Below, one piece after another: positions 48,044-57,313 of a DNA stretch of 64,000 nt (within the stretch, counting starts at the first letter, position 1; the number at the start of each line of letters is the position of its first letter). Source of the DNA: Gemmatimonadaceae bacterium (GTDB lineage: Bacteria; Gemmatimonadota; Gemmatimonadetes; Gemmatimonadales; Gemmatimonadaceae); contig JBGAJQ010000003.1 in the NCBI GenBank assembly GCA_044224875.1, forward strand, positions 111,534-175,533, read 5' to 3'. The notes under the pieces were generated by a model. That model made no database searches, was not told the origin of the DNA, and saw only the letters and a list, made by a program, of their open reading frames with translations. Position numbers and translations under genes: made by a program.

Positions 48044-49231
48044 TTACGCGTCCGGCAGCTCCGCCAGTTCGGCGAGTACGGCCGCCGTGTGTTCCCCCAA
48101 CGCGGGCACGCGTGCCATCCGTGGGCGTGCTCCCGCCAGATTGTGCGGCGGCAATAACGCGGGGACATCACCGGCCTCTGAATCGACCGTGACCCAGCGC
48201 GCACGGGCCGCCAGTTGTGCGTGTGCCGCGACGGCACTGAGATCGTTCACCACCGCATTCGCGATCGCCGCCAGCTCCAAGCGTTCGGTGATCGCCGCGA
48301 CGGACGCCTCGAGAAAGACGTTCTCGATCAGTGACTCCAAGGCCGCGCGATTGGCCAGCCGGTCGGCGTTCGTCGCGTACGACGGATGGTCGGCGAGCCG
48401 AACGTCGCGCAACACCACCTCACAGAATCGCTGCCACTCGCGTTCGTTCTGGATGGAGAACATCACCTGACCGTCCGCGCACCGATACGCGCCGTATGGA
48501 ACGATCATGCTGTGCCGCAGGCCAGCGCGTCGCGGTGATGCGCCGGTGCCCAACTGCACGTAGAGTTGGGGCGTCACCCATTCCACCAGGCATTCGAGCA
48601 TGGAGATGTCGATCCGGTCGCCATGCCCGGTGCGGTCCCGATTGCGCAGCGCCGCAAGAATCGACGCGTACGCATAGAGCCCGGACGAGATGTCAGCGAC
48701 ACTCACGCCCACCTTGGCCGGCGCCTCGTCCGTCCCGGTGAGGCTGACGACGCCGGATTCGGCTTGGATCAGCATGTCGTAGGCCTTGCGGTCACGGTCT
48801 GGACCGTCAGGGCCATAGCCTGAGATGCCGACCCAGATCAGTCGGGGGGCGGCCGCTCGTAGCTCGTCGTAAGAGAGCCCCAGTCGTTCCACCGCCCCAG
48901 GGGCCAGGTTGTGCAGGAAGACGTCGGAGCGCCTGACGAGTCGCTCCAATGCCTGGCGGCCCTCCGCGGACTTGATGTCGAGAACGACGCTTTCCTTTCC
49001 GCGATTCAGCCAGGCAAAGTACGACGACATGCCGTGAAAGCTCTGGTCGTACCCACGCGCGAAGTCGCCGCCATCGGGACGCTCGATCTTGATGACGCGT
49101 GCACCCATGTCCGCCAGCTGGCGCGAGCAGAATGGTCCCGCCACGGCCTGCTCCAGCGCGACGACGGTGACATCGGCCAGCGGGTACGCGGGCGGGAGGG
49201 GTTTGGCGGCATCCTGCCGGTGCGGGGACAT
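48044..49231 (-). CDS. Family III CoA-transferase (CaiB/BaiF)
   Basis: LEQAVAGPFCSRQLADMGARVIKIERP..GD.AR, LNRGKES, ISGYGPDGP...KAYD, ADI. Confidence 0.93.
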   Translation of the reverse strand: MSPHRQDAAKPLPPAYPLADVTVVALEQAVAGPFCSRQLADMGARVIKIERPDGGDFARGYDQSFHGMSSYFAWLNRGKESVVLDIKSAEGRQALERLVRRSDVFLHNLAPGAVERLGLSYDELRAAAPRLIWVGISGYGPDGPDRDRKAYDMLIQAESGVVSLTGTDEAPAKVGVSVADISSGLYAYASILAALRNRDRTGHGDRIDISMLECLVEWVTPQLYVQLGTGASPRRAGLRHSMIVPYGAYRCADGQVMFSIQNEREWQRFCEVVLRDVRLADHPSYATNADRLANRAALESLIENVFLEASVAAITERLELAAIANAVVNDLSAVAAHAQLAARARWVTVDSEAGDVPALLPPHNLAGARPRMARVPALGEHTAAVLAELAELPDA

Positions 49232-49244
49232 GGCAGCGCAGTCG

Positions 49245-50633
49245 TTAGGTGGCCAGCGCGGCAAACGCCGTGCTCATGTCGGCACACGTTCGCAGGCCAC
49301 GAATGGACTCGATGGCTCGCTGCGTGAACGCGGCCCCGTAACGCGGTGACACCAGCAACCGGAACTTCTCCTCGAGCATGTCCGTGGGTACGGGATTCTC
49401 GGGGTTCCCGCGGGGAAACGCCGAGGAAAGCGTGCGGGCGGAGCCGTCGCGCCGCACCACAGTCAGGTGCGTGCCCCACTCCGCCGGATACCGTGCGGTC
49501 AGTTCCGGTGACACGGTCACGGTCAGACGATCGAGGAGCGCTCGCGTGGCCGGATTGGTCACGCCGCGCTCCGAGAAACGATCGGGAGTGAACTGCGCCA
49601 AGCCGACGCTGCCCTCGAGCAACGCAGCCGCAACACAGTAGGCGAGACTGAACTTGGCTTGGTACGGGGATCGCGGGTTGGCTTCCTTCACGATCTCATG
49701 GCCGGGCCCATAGGTCAGGACCTGCACGCGTTCCAGCTGATCCACCGCCTCCTCGGCAACCCAACCCGCATCGCGGCGATAGTCCAGCGCCATGTCGATG
49801 GCGGTGTGCGTGTGTCCGCAGCACGAGTGCAGCTTGAAGCAGTTCTCGGTGACCTTCCAGTGATCGCCCAATCGGTCGGTAATTCGCGAGGGGTCGGCGC
49901 CGGTGCTTGTGGCGCGAAAGAAGCCGCGCGCGCCTTCTAGAATGCGGGTGGCGCCGGTAAACCCTCGGGCCGCCAGGTCACCGGCCAGTATGCCATTGGA
50001 CGCTGCCTTGCCGGGGTGCAGGTGCTTGCTCATGGCGCCGTCGGCATTGAACTCCCACAACCCCGCGGCCTGTGTGCCTGCGGTGCCTAACGCGTCGAGA
50101 CACGTTGCCTCCTTCAGCCCCAGCAACGAAGCGGCCGCCGCTGCGGATCCGAACGTCGCCGCCGTGCCGGTCGGGTGCCAGTACTGATAGTGGCTCGGGT
50201 TCACCGCCTCGCCCACTCGCAGCGCCACATCGTATCCAACGGCCACTGCCAGAAGGAACGCCTCGCCACTCCGGTGTTCGCGCTCGGCGACGGCGAGGGC
50301 GGCAGGGATCACGGGGGCGGCGGGGTGCAGCGTGGACCCCTTATGCACGTCATCCAACTCCAGGATGTGCGACGCCACGCCATTGGCCAGCGCCGCATGT
50401 GCCGCCGCGGAACGCCCCGCGCCGAAGACCGTCGCATCCTCGGACGCGCCTAACGTGGCAACCACTCCCTGGACCATCCGGGCCGGCGGCTCGAGGGCAC
50501 CGGCGAGGGCCGATCCCAGCCAATCGAGGATGGCGCGCTGCGTTGCGTCGAGCGCGTCGGGACCCAGGTCATTGAACCGAGCGCTCGCGACGAAGTGTGC
50601 GAGCGCGCGGCTCACTCCCTGTTCAAGCGTCAC
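49245..50633 (-). CDS. MmgE/PrpD family protein
   Basis: ILDWLGSALAG, NGVASHILELDDVH...LHP, WHPTGT, KHLHPG, FKLHSCC, AKFSL.Y, PRGNPENP; start re-picked at GTG 50633. Confidence 0.92.
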   Translation of the reverse strand: MTLEQGVSRALAHFVASARFNDLGPDALDATQRAILDWLGSALAGALEPPARMVQGVVATLGASEDATVFGAGRSAAAHAALANGVASHILELDDVHKGSTLHPAAPVIPAALAVAEREHRSGEAFLLAVAVGYDVALRVGEAVNPSHYQYWHPTGTAATFGSAAAAASLLGLKEATCLDALGTAGTQAAGLWEFNADGAMSKHLHPGKAASNGILAGDLAARGFTGATRILEGARGFFRATSTGADPSRITDRLGDHWKVTENCFKLHSCCGHTHTAIDMALDYRRDAGWVAEEAVDQLERVQVLTYGPGHEIVKEANPRSPYQAKFSLAYCVAAALLEGSVGLAQFTPDRFSERGVTNPATRALLDRLTVTVSPELTARYPAEWGTHLTVVRRDGSARTLSSAFPRGNPENPVPTDMLEEKFRLLVSPRYGAAFTQRAIESIRGLRTCADMSTAFAALAT

Positions 50634-50810
50634 GGGCGCACCCGGCTGGCGACATGGCGCGAGTATACCGCGGTGTCGCAAAGCCGGCAAACCCGCCAGC
50701 GAAGCCATTCGGTGACTGCTCGCCGGCGCACGCTGGCAAGGACTCGCTGTTGCCAACTACGCTTGCAGACCACCGACAGCGATCCGCATTAGCGCCATGC
50801 ACGGATCGCG

Positions 50811-51401
50811 CTACGCCTCCGCGCCGCCACTCGCGCCAAGGAGCGAGGTGCGCAGACGGCTGACGAGAAACGGTCCGTCGCGCGGCGGGAGGACCTTTGG
50901 CTCCGGATCCGAGCCGATCTTGATCACGGCGAAGAGCAGTGCACTCGGCTGATGCACGTCGGCACGCAGTTGATCGACGTCCTCGATCGCCGTGATCGTG
51001 CGAACGTCAGACATCCCACATGCGCGCGCGACGGCGGCCAAGTCTGTTCCTGACGCCGTGTGTGTCGACTGGTTTCCTGTCTCGCCAAAGCGCTCGTTGT
51101 CCAGCACGGCGATGCGCAGGTTCGGCGGCCGCACGACGGCGATTGTCGCCAGACTCCCCAAACCCATGAGCATTTCGCCGTCGCCCGTGACCACCAGGAC
51201 CGTTCGTGACGGCTGGGCCATCGCCAGCCCCAACCCAAGCATGGCCGCTCCACCCATCGCGCCCCAGAGGGGAAAGTCGAGGGACGAGTCCCCACACGCT
51301 GCCACGTCGTACGCCGGAGCGCCCAAACCAGCTACAACAACCAGGTCGCCGCGATCCTGCAGCAGTCGGCGCACCGCTTCACGACGGTTGATGGCGTTCA
51401 T
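50811..51401 (-). CDS. ThDP-dependent decarboxylase beta subunit (sulfopyruvate/phosphonopyruvate decarboxylase-like)
   Basis: WGAMGGAAMLGLGLA, TGDGEMLMGLGSL...LDNE.FGETG.Q; start re-picked at ATG 51401. Confidence 0.88.
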   Translation of the reverse strand: MNAINRREAVRRLLQDRGDLVVVAGLGAPAYDVAACGDSSLDFPLWGAMGGAAMLGLGLAMAQPSRTVLVVTGDGEMLMGLGSLATIAVVRPPNLRIAVLDNERFGETGNQSTHTASGTDLAAVARACGMSDVRTITAIEDVDQLRADVHQPSALLFAVIKIGSDPEPKVLPPRDGPFLVSRLRTSLLGASGGAEA

Positions 51402-51519
51402 GACTTGAACTTCCGGTGCAGGGCACCCCTCACCATGCGGGGCGCGCGAACGCCAACACCGAGGGTGTGTCCGCGATCGATGGGGGCCACAGACTCGATA
51501 TGTCCACCACGTGTACGAC

Positions 51520-52059
51520 TCATTTCGACTCCTCAAATCGCTTGGCGCCGATCAGTCGTTGCGACAGCAGCACCGCCACGCGGCTCTGGCTCTGCCACGC
51601 CGACCGCAGCGCGCCTTCCACTGTCGGCCCTACCTCGACCGGCGTCGAGGCGCGAAAAACGGAGACGCCGCTCGCGGTGAGGACGGCGGGCGTCCCCTGG
51701 CCCATGGGCACTTGCCACGGGTTGAACTCCTCCCACTCGCCGCGCATGGTCACCAGCACAACGAGCGGAATCTGACAGACGTGTGGGAGGGACAGCATGT
51801 TGATGCAGTTCCCGACGCCGCTCGACTGAATCAGCAGGGCCGCACGCGTGCCGCCAAGGAAGGCGCCGGCCGCCAGTGCCACACCCTCTTCCTCGGTGGT
51901 CAGCGTGACCATTCGCATGTCGGCGTCGCCTTGGCAGCGTTCGATCAACCGCTGGTGTCCCGCGTCAGGGACAAAGGATACCAGGGTGATGCGATGCGCC
52001 TTGAACAGCGCGTAGATGTCGTCGGCCCAGTGGGTTCCTGGAGGCGCGATCGCGTTCAT
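51520..52059 (-). CDS. ThDP-dependent decarboxylase alpha subunit (sulfopyruvate/phosphonopyruvate decarboxylase-like)
   Basis: VPDAGH, TTEEEGVALAAGA.LGG, QSSGVGNCIN, TMRGEW.EFNPWQVPMG; ATGA overlap with ALDH stop. Confidence 0.88.
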   Translation of the reverse strand: MNAIAPPGTHWADDIYALFKAHRITLVSFVPDAGHQRLIERCQGDADMRMVTLTTEEEGVALAAGAFLGGTRAALLIQSSGVGNCINMLSLPHVCQIPLVVLVTMRGEWEEFNPWQVPMGQGTPAVLTASGVSVFRASTPVEVGPTVEGALRSAWQSQSRVAVLLSQRLIGAKRFEESK

Positions 52060-53483
52060 CCGAGGCCAATGGACACGTATTTGACATCGAGGAATTCGTC
52101 GATTCCCCAATGGCCGCCCTCGCGCCCGACTCCGGACATCTTCACGCCTCCGAATGGCGCCTGCGCGGTGGAGGGCACGCCGTCGTTCACGCCAATGATG
52201 CCGAACTCCAGGGCTTCGGAGACCTCATACGCGCGGCGCAGATCCGACGTCCACAGGTAAGCCGCCAGCCCAAAAGGCGAACCATTGGCGAGGCGGAGCG
52301 CCTCCGCCTGATCCTTGAAAGTGAGAATTGGGGCGACCGGACCGAACGTTTCCTCGTTCATCAACTTCATCTCTGGCCGGATGTTGGTGACCACCGTCGG
52401 CTGGAAATAGAGACCGTGCATGGCCTTCCCACCAGTCAGTACCGTGGCCCCCAGCTGCAACGCGTCTTCCATATGTTCGGCGATCTTGGCAAGGCCGGCG
52501 TTGTCCACCATCGGGCCAATCTGAACCGTGCCGTCGAGCGGATCTCCGACCTTCAGGGTGGACACGGCCTTGGTCAGTCGCTCAGAGAATTCGGCGGAGA
52601 TCGACTCCTGCACATAGATGCGGTTCGTGCACACGCACGTCTGGCCACCGTTTCGGAACTTGCACGACATCACTTCGCGGACCGCGGCATCCATGTTCGC
52701 GTCCTCGAAGATCAGGAACGGCGCATGCCCGCCGAGTTCGAGTGATAGCCGCTTCATGGTCCTGGCGGAGCGCTCGTACAGATGAACGCCGACAGGTGTT
52801 GAACCAGTGAACGTCAGGACGCGCACGCGCAGGTCGTCCAGCAGCACGGACGACATCGGACGCGGGTCCAGCGCCGTGAGTACTTGCAGGACATCCGGCG
52901 ATCCCCCTGCCTCCTGCCACAGCTTCGACAATGCCAACGCGGACAGCGGCGTTTGCTCGGCGGGCTTCACGATGACCACGCAGCCAGCGGCGAGGGCTGG
53001 CGCAATCTTCCGCGTCACCGTGGCGATAGGAAAATTCCATGGAGTAATCGCGTATACGATCCCCGACGGCTGTTTGATGGCATGAAGGCGCTTACAGGCG
53101 AACTGACTTTCGATGGTTTCGCCAGCGATCCGCTTCGCCTCCTCTGCGTACCATTCCACGAAGGCAGCGCCATAGCGCACCTCGCCGACAGACTCGGTCA
53201 CCGGCTTTCCCATCTCTATCGACATCAACTCCGCCAGGACGGGTTCGTTCGCTTGGATGAGTCCGTGCCACCTCTTCATGACGGATGCGCGCTCGTAGGC
53301 GGTGGTTCGCTTCCACGTTTCGAAGGCCTTGGCCGCACGGTCGAGGGCTGCACACGCCTCGTTAGGGCCGCAGTCAGGAACGCTACCGATTACCCGTCCG
53401 TCGATCGGGCTCCGGATGTCGAACGACTTGTCCGAGGCAGTCGCCACGGAGCGGATGCTCGAGAGAAAACTATCGTCAAGCAA
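52056..53483 (-). CDS. NAD(P)-dependent aldehyde dehydrogenase, succinate-semialdehyde dehydrogenase (GabD)-like
   Basis: GGGAGG RBS 8 nt before TTG 53483; ITPWNFP, KPAEQTP, FTGST, LELGGHAPF, FRNGGQTCVC, EETFGP, PFGGVK.SG.GREG. Confidence 0.92.
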   Translation of the reverse strand: MLDDSFLSSIRSVATASDKSFDIRSPIDGRVIGSVPDCGPNEACAALDRAAKAFETWKRTTAYERASVMKRWHGLIQANEPVLAELMSIEMGKPVTESVGEVRYGAAFVEWYAEEAKRIAGETIESQFACKRLHAIKQPSGIVYAITPWNFPIATVTRKIAPALAAGCVVIVKPAEQTPLSALALSKLWQEAGGSPDVLQVLTALDPRPMSSVLLDDLRVRVLTFTGSTPVGVHLYERSARTMKRLSLELGGHAPFLIFEDANMDAAVREVMSCKFRNGGQTCVCTNRIYVQESISAEFSERLTKAVSTLKVGDPLDGTVQIGPMVDNAGLAKIAEHMEDALQLGATVLTGGKAMHGLYFQPTVVTNIRPEMKLMNEETFGPVAPILTFKDQAEALRLANGSPFGLAAYLWTSDLRRAYEVSEALEFGIIGVNDGVPSTAQAPFGGVKMSGVGREGGHWGIDEFLDVKYVSIGLG

Positions 53484-53731
53484 CAGTCTGTCCTCCCTGA
53501 GGTGGACGCGATGGGGCGGGTATGGTCCCGACGTTCTCTCAGGGACCCTCACACGGCGACACTTTGTGCCCCGTCACGCGCGCGAGGCGCGCCCGCCTGC
53601 GATCCATTGTACGTCGCGAAACTGCCCGGCGGAACGGCGTCGGCAGCGACTTTGCCAACGCCTTTGCGAATTGCGGCGCCCGGTCGCACGTTAGTCGCAT
53701 GCGGCAACTCTCACGCTTTGGCCATGGCGCC

Positions 53732-53767
53732 CTGGACGGCAAGGTCATCCTTGCCAAGGGCTACGGG
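53732..53767 (+). pseudogene. Tiny relic of a beta-lactamase-family serine hydrolase
   Basis: Intergenic codons read LDGKVILAKGYG, resembling the N-terminal DGKxxxxKGYG strand of that family; stop at 53788, no SxxK. Confidence 0.3.
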
Positions 53768-53846
53768 CGCGGTCGCTCGATCCCATAGCGCCGCTTACTC
53801 GAGTGACAGCACCGATGGGCATGGAACTAGCTACGACATCGACACC

Positions 53847-54536
53847 GTGATCACGCTCGTTGGGCAGACCGAAGAGCATCTCTGTTCACCCGAATCGGCC
53901 GCCGAATTTGGTGCTGCTGTGCATCGAGGCTCGGTGGACGCCTTTCGCGCGCTTCACGATGCCGCGTCGAGTGCGGGCTTCCGACTGTCGATTTTGAGCG
54001 GCTTCCGTTCCTTTGACCGTCAACTCTCCATCTGGAATCGCAAGGCGACCGGGCAACTGGCCGTATTGGACAGCGACGCACGGCCGCTCGACATCGCCAG
54101 CCTCACCGAACGCGAACTGGTCTTCGCGATCCTTCGCTGGTCGGCGCTTCCCGGCGCGTCGCGACATCATTGGGGCACGGACATCGATGTCTACGACGCA
54201 GCCACGCTGCCATCAGGATACGAAATACAGCTCGTACCGGCGGAGGTCGAACGCGGTGGAATGTTCGCGCCGCTGCACGAATGGTTGGACACTCGCATCG
54301 CCGAACGTACCTCGTTCGGCTTCTTTCGTCCGTATGATCGCGACCGTGGCGGCGTGGCGCCTGAACGTTGGCACCTGAGTTATGCGCCAATCGCCAGCGC
54401 ATACTCCCTCGAGTTGACACCGGCTGTGCTGCGCCAAGCGTTGCAGCAGGCGGACCTGAAGCTCAAGGCGACGGTCCTGGCACACCTCGACGAGATCTAC
54501 GAGCGATTCGTGATCAACACCAACATCGCGACCTGA
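53847..54536 (+). CDS. M15 family D-Ala-D-Ala carboxypeptidase (VanY-like)
   Basis: SGFRSFDRQ, WSALPGASRHHWGTDID (SxHxxGxxxD), ERWH (ExxH); start approximate. Confidence 0.9.
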   Translation: MITLVGQTEEHLCSPESAAEFGAAVHRGSVDAFRALHDAASSAGFRLSILSGFRSFDRQLSIWNRKATGQLAVLDSDARPLDIASLTERELVFAILRWSALPGASRHHWGTDIDVYDAATLPSGYEIQLVPAEVERGGMFAPLHEWLDTRIAERTSFGFFRPYDRDRGGVAPERWHLSYAPIASAYSLELTPAVLRQALQQADLKLKATVLAHLDEIYERFVINTNIAT

Positions 54537-54731
54537 CCGACCCTCGTCAGGCCCGCCACCTCTGTTCTGGCAGGATGAGCGGGCCCGGACCCAGGAAGGT
54601 CAAACGAATTCGAGTATCCGGGCGGAATGCAGCGAACGGCGGCCCAAGCTGGGACGAACCCACCGCTTGACGGCTGAACGGTCCGACTCTTGCCTCTTAC
54701 GTCAGGCTCGCCACATCTTCGCGACGAATCC

Positions 54732-56429
54732 ATGGCCTCGACGACCATCTATATGGGGAACGGAGTGACCAAACGGGTCGCAGTGATCGGCGCTGGACCG
54801 TCCGGGCTGACGACGGTCAAGGAATTGCTCGACGAAGGCCATGAACCCACCTGTTTTGAACGCGCCGAGGGGCTGGGTGGGGTGTTCCGCTTTGGTGAAA
54901 GTGACGGCGTGGTGTGGGAGTCCTGCCGCCTCACGTCGTCGGAGCTGCTCACCGCCTTCTCCGACTTCCCAACGCCCGCTGGGCTCACGGGACACCTCAC
55001 CGTCTCGCAGTATGTCGCTTATCTCCGCGCGTACGCCGACGCGTTCGCCGTCACTCCACGAATCAGGTTCAACACGACCGTGGAATCCGTCGCGGAGGAC
55101 CCCGCGGGGGGCTGGCGCGTTCAAACCCGGGATGCCAACGGCACACACGAGGCCCACTTTGATGCCGTCGCTATTTGCTCCGGGCTCCATCAGCATCCGT
55201 TCATCCCGCCGTTCGACGGTATCGAGACATTCACTGGTTGCGTGCTGCACGGCGCCCACTACCGCCGTCCGATGCAAGTCGCGGGCAAGAAGGTCCTCAT
55301 TGTTGGAGCTGGCGAATCGGGAGCCGATGTCGCCGCCGAGGTCGCTCGGCATGCCGGAGAAGCCGTGCTCTCGCTCCGCCGGGGCGTGGCGGTGCAGCCT
55401 CGACGCATGTTCGGCGTGCCCAAGGACTACCTGACGTCGCGGATCCTCAACTCGTCGGCGCACTGGGTGTTTCAGACCCGCAACCCGAAGGACGATCACA
55501 AGCGGCGCGTCTACAAAATGGCCTTCGTCCCGCTGGTCATCGTGGACAAGATCCTTCAGCTGACGTACCGCTTCTTTTGGGAATATCTCCCGCTGCTGGC
55601 CTCACGTCGCCTGAGCGAGGTGCGGGCCAACCTCCGCACGCGAGCGCTGACGGTGCAGCTGCTGGGTGAGTCGGGGGGTGAAGTGACGGAGCAGTTCGGA
55701 ACCAAGACGGACGACTTCGTGCGCGCGATGGCTACCGGTCGTTGCCGTCGCGTTCCCGCGATTGCGCGGTTCGAGGGGTCGCGCGTGGTCTTTCAGGACG
55801 GGTCGGTGTTCGAGCCGGACCTCGTCGTTATGTGCACCGGATTCGAGACCCGTGCTCCCTTCCTGCTCGAAGCGACGGCGTCGGCACCGCGTTTCCTCCA
55901 CGTGTTCAATCCGACGGTGGGGCCATCGCTGGGCTTCATTGGCTTCGTGAGACCGGCCTTCGGCGCGATTCCTCCTTTGGCCGAACTCCAGGCTCGATGG
56001 TTTGCGCTGGTGCAGAGCGGTGCGGTGACACTTCCGCCGGTCGCGGAGATGGAGTCGTCGATCGCCTGCTGGACGGGTTACCACGCGCACATGTTCCGGG
56101 CCGTCAACCAGCGTCTGTCGCACCTCGTGGACTTCACCCCATTCTGTGACGAACTGGCGACACGCATCGGCTGCAAACCCACGGCAAGTGACGTGCGACG
56201 CGAGAGCCGTCGTTTTCGGATGCGATTCTTCGCCGCTCCGTTTGTTGCCGCGCAGTATCGATTGGTGGGCCCGCATGCGAAGCCGGAGTTGGCTCGCGCC
56301 ACGATCACCGCGCTCGAGATCACGCATCCACTCCCTGACCTGGTGAACCTGTACCTTCGGTGGTGGATGTCGCGTGTATTGCACCGGGTGCTGGGTTCGG
56401 AGTACGCGCCAAAACTGGCACTGCGCTAG
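54732..56429 (+). CDS. Flavin-containing monooxygenase (class B, FMO-like)
   Basis: GAGPSG (FAD), FMO fingerprint FTGCVLHGAHY, GAGESG (NADPH), CTGF, ELQARW; start may be 54765. Confidence 0.9.
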   Translation: MASTTIYMGNGVTKRVAVIGAGPSGLTTVKELLDEGHEPTCFERAEGLGGVFRFGESDGVVWESCRLTSSELLTAFSDFPTPAGLTGHLTVSQYVAYLRAYADAFAVTPRIRFNTTVESVAEDPAGGWRVQTRDANGTHEAHFDAVAICSGLHQHPFIPPFDGIETFTGCVLHGAHYRRPMQVAGKKVLIVGAGESGADVAAEVARHAGEAVLSLRRGVAVQPRRMFGVPKDYLTSRILNSSAHWVFQTRNPKDDHKRRVYKMAFVPLVIVDKILQLTYRFFWEYLPLLASRRLSEVRANLRTRALTVQLLGESGGEVTEQFGTKTDDFVRAMATGRCRRVPAIARFEGSRVVFQDGSVFEPDLVVMCTGFETRAPFLLEATASAPRFLHVFNPTVGPSLGFIGFVRPAFGAIPPLAELQARWFALVQSGAVTLPPVAEMESSIACWTGYHAHMFRAVNQRLSHLVDFTPFCDELATRIGCKPTASDVRRESRRFRMRFFAAPFVAAQYRLVGPHAKPELARATITALEITHPLPDLVNLYLRWWMSRVLHRVLGSEYAPKLALR

Positions 56430-57313
56430 TGCCGCGCGTCTCCGTCATCATTCCGACGCGTGATGGAGGGGGCCCGCTGCGCACCTGCCTGGTGGCGCTC
56501 GCGCACGACTTTCCACCCGACGCCGAAACAATCGTTGTCTCTGACGGCGGGCCGACGGACCTCCGCACACAGCTCGCCGACTTGGCCGAACCCCTCGCGC
56601 TCACGTGCGTACAGACGACACACGGCGGCCCAGCGCACGCGCGCAACCGGGGACTGGAGATCGCCCGTGGAGAAGTGGTGGCGTTCACCGATGACGATTG
56701 TGCTCCGCGTCCGGGGTGGCTGGCGGCAGTGATCCGATCGATCTCGACGTCGCCGCCCGTGGCGGTCGGGGGCACGACGCATAACGGCGTGCCGGGGAAC
56801 CCGTACGCCGATGCCGCCCAGGTGGTCCTCGACCTCGTCGCGCAGCACGAGGTCGACACCTGCGGTGAGGTCAGGTTCTTTCCCGCGAACAACTGTGCCT
56901 TTCCCTTGGTTCCACTTCGGGCCTTGGGCGGCTTCGATGAGTCGTATCGAACAGCGGAAGACCGTGAACTGCTTCGCCGTTGGCGAGCCGCCGGGCATCG
57001 CGTCGTGATTGCGCACGACGCGGTGATCGATCACAACTCGTCGCCTACGCTCGCGGGGTACATTCGGAAGTTCTACGGATACGGTGTTGGGGCCGCACGA
57101 TTCCACGCGACGTCCGATGGCCGCAGTTACGGCGATTCGGCCAGTTTCCATACACGACTCCCCGAGCTGCTTTCTCCATTGCTGAAGGAACGGGGTGTAC
57201 CGCGTGGTACGCGTCTTCTGGGGCTATTGGCCGTGTGGGAAGTGGCGAACATGCTCGGGTTCGTCGCCGAGATGTCGCGCCGCGCATTCGACACCAACGG
57301 GAAGAAGCCGTGA
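56429..57313 (+). CDS. Glycosyltransferase family 2
   Basis: Start overlaps FMO stop (TAGTG); VSVIIPT, VVSDG, GPAHARNRG, AFTDDD, GGFDESY.TAED. Confidence 0.9.
   Translation: MPRVSVIIPTRDGGGPLRTCLVALAHDFPPDAETIVVSDGGPTDLRTQLADLAEPLALTCVQTTHGGPAHARNRGLEIARGEVVAFTDDDCAPRPGWLAAVIRSISTSPPVAVGGTTHNGVPGNPYADAAQVVLDLVAQHEVDTCGEVRFFPANNCAFPLVPLRALGGFDESYRTAEDRELLRRWRAAGHRVVIAHDAVIDHNSSPTLAGYIRKFYGYGVGAARFHATSDGRSYGDSASFHTRLPELLSPLLKERGVPRGTRLLGLLAVWEVANMLGFVAEMSRRAFDTNGKKP

Noticed and set aside
50811..52059. Phosphonate natural-product cluster
   Set aside because: No PEP mutase (EDKxxxxxNS motif) in the window; decarboxylase subunits alone are insufficient
52884..53846. Long N-terminal extension of the M15 peptidase ORF (550 aa); similar extensions on tldD, tldE, ALS, binding protein, mpaA and spmAB
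   Set aside because: Extensions overlap other real genes or are low-complexity; better starts with an RBS, an overlap or family-typical N-termini lie downstream
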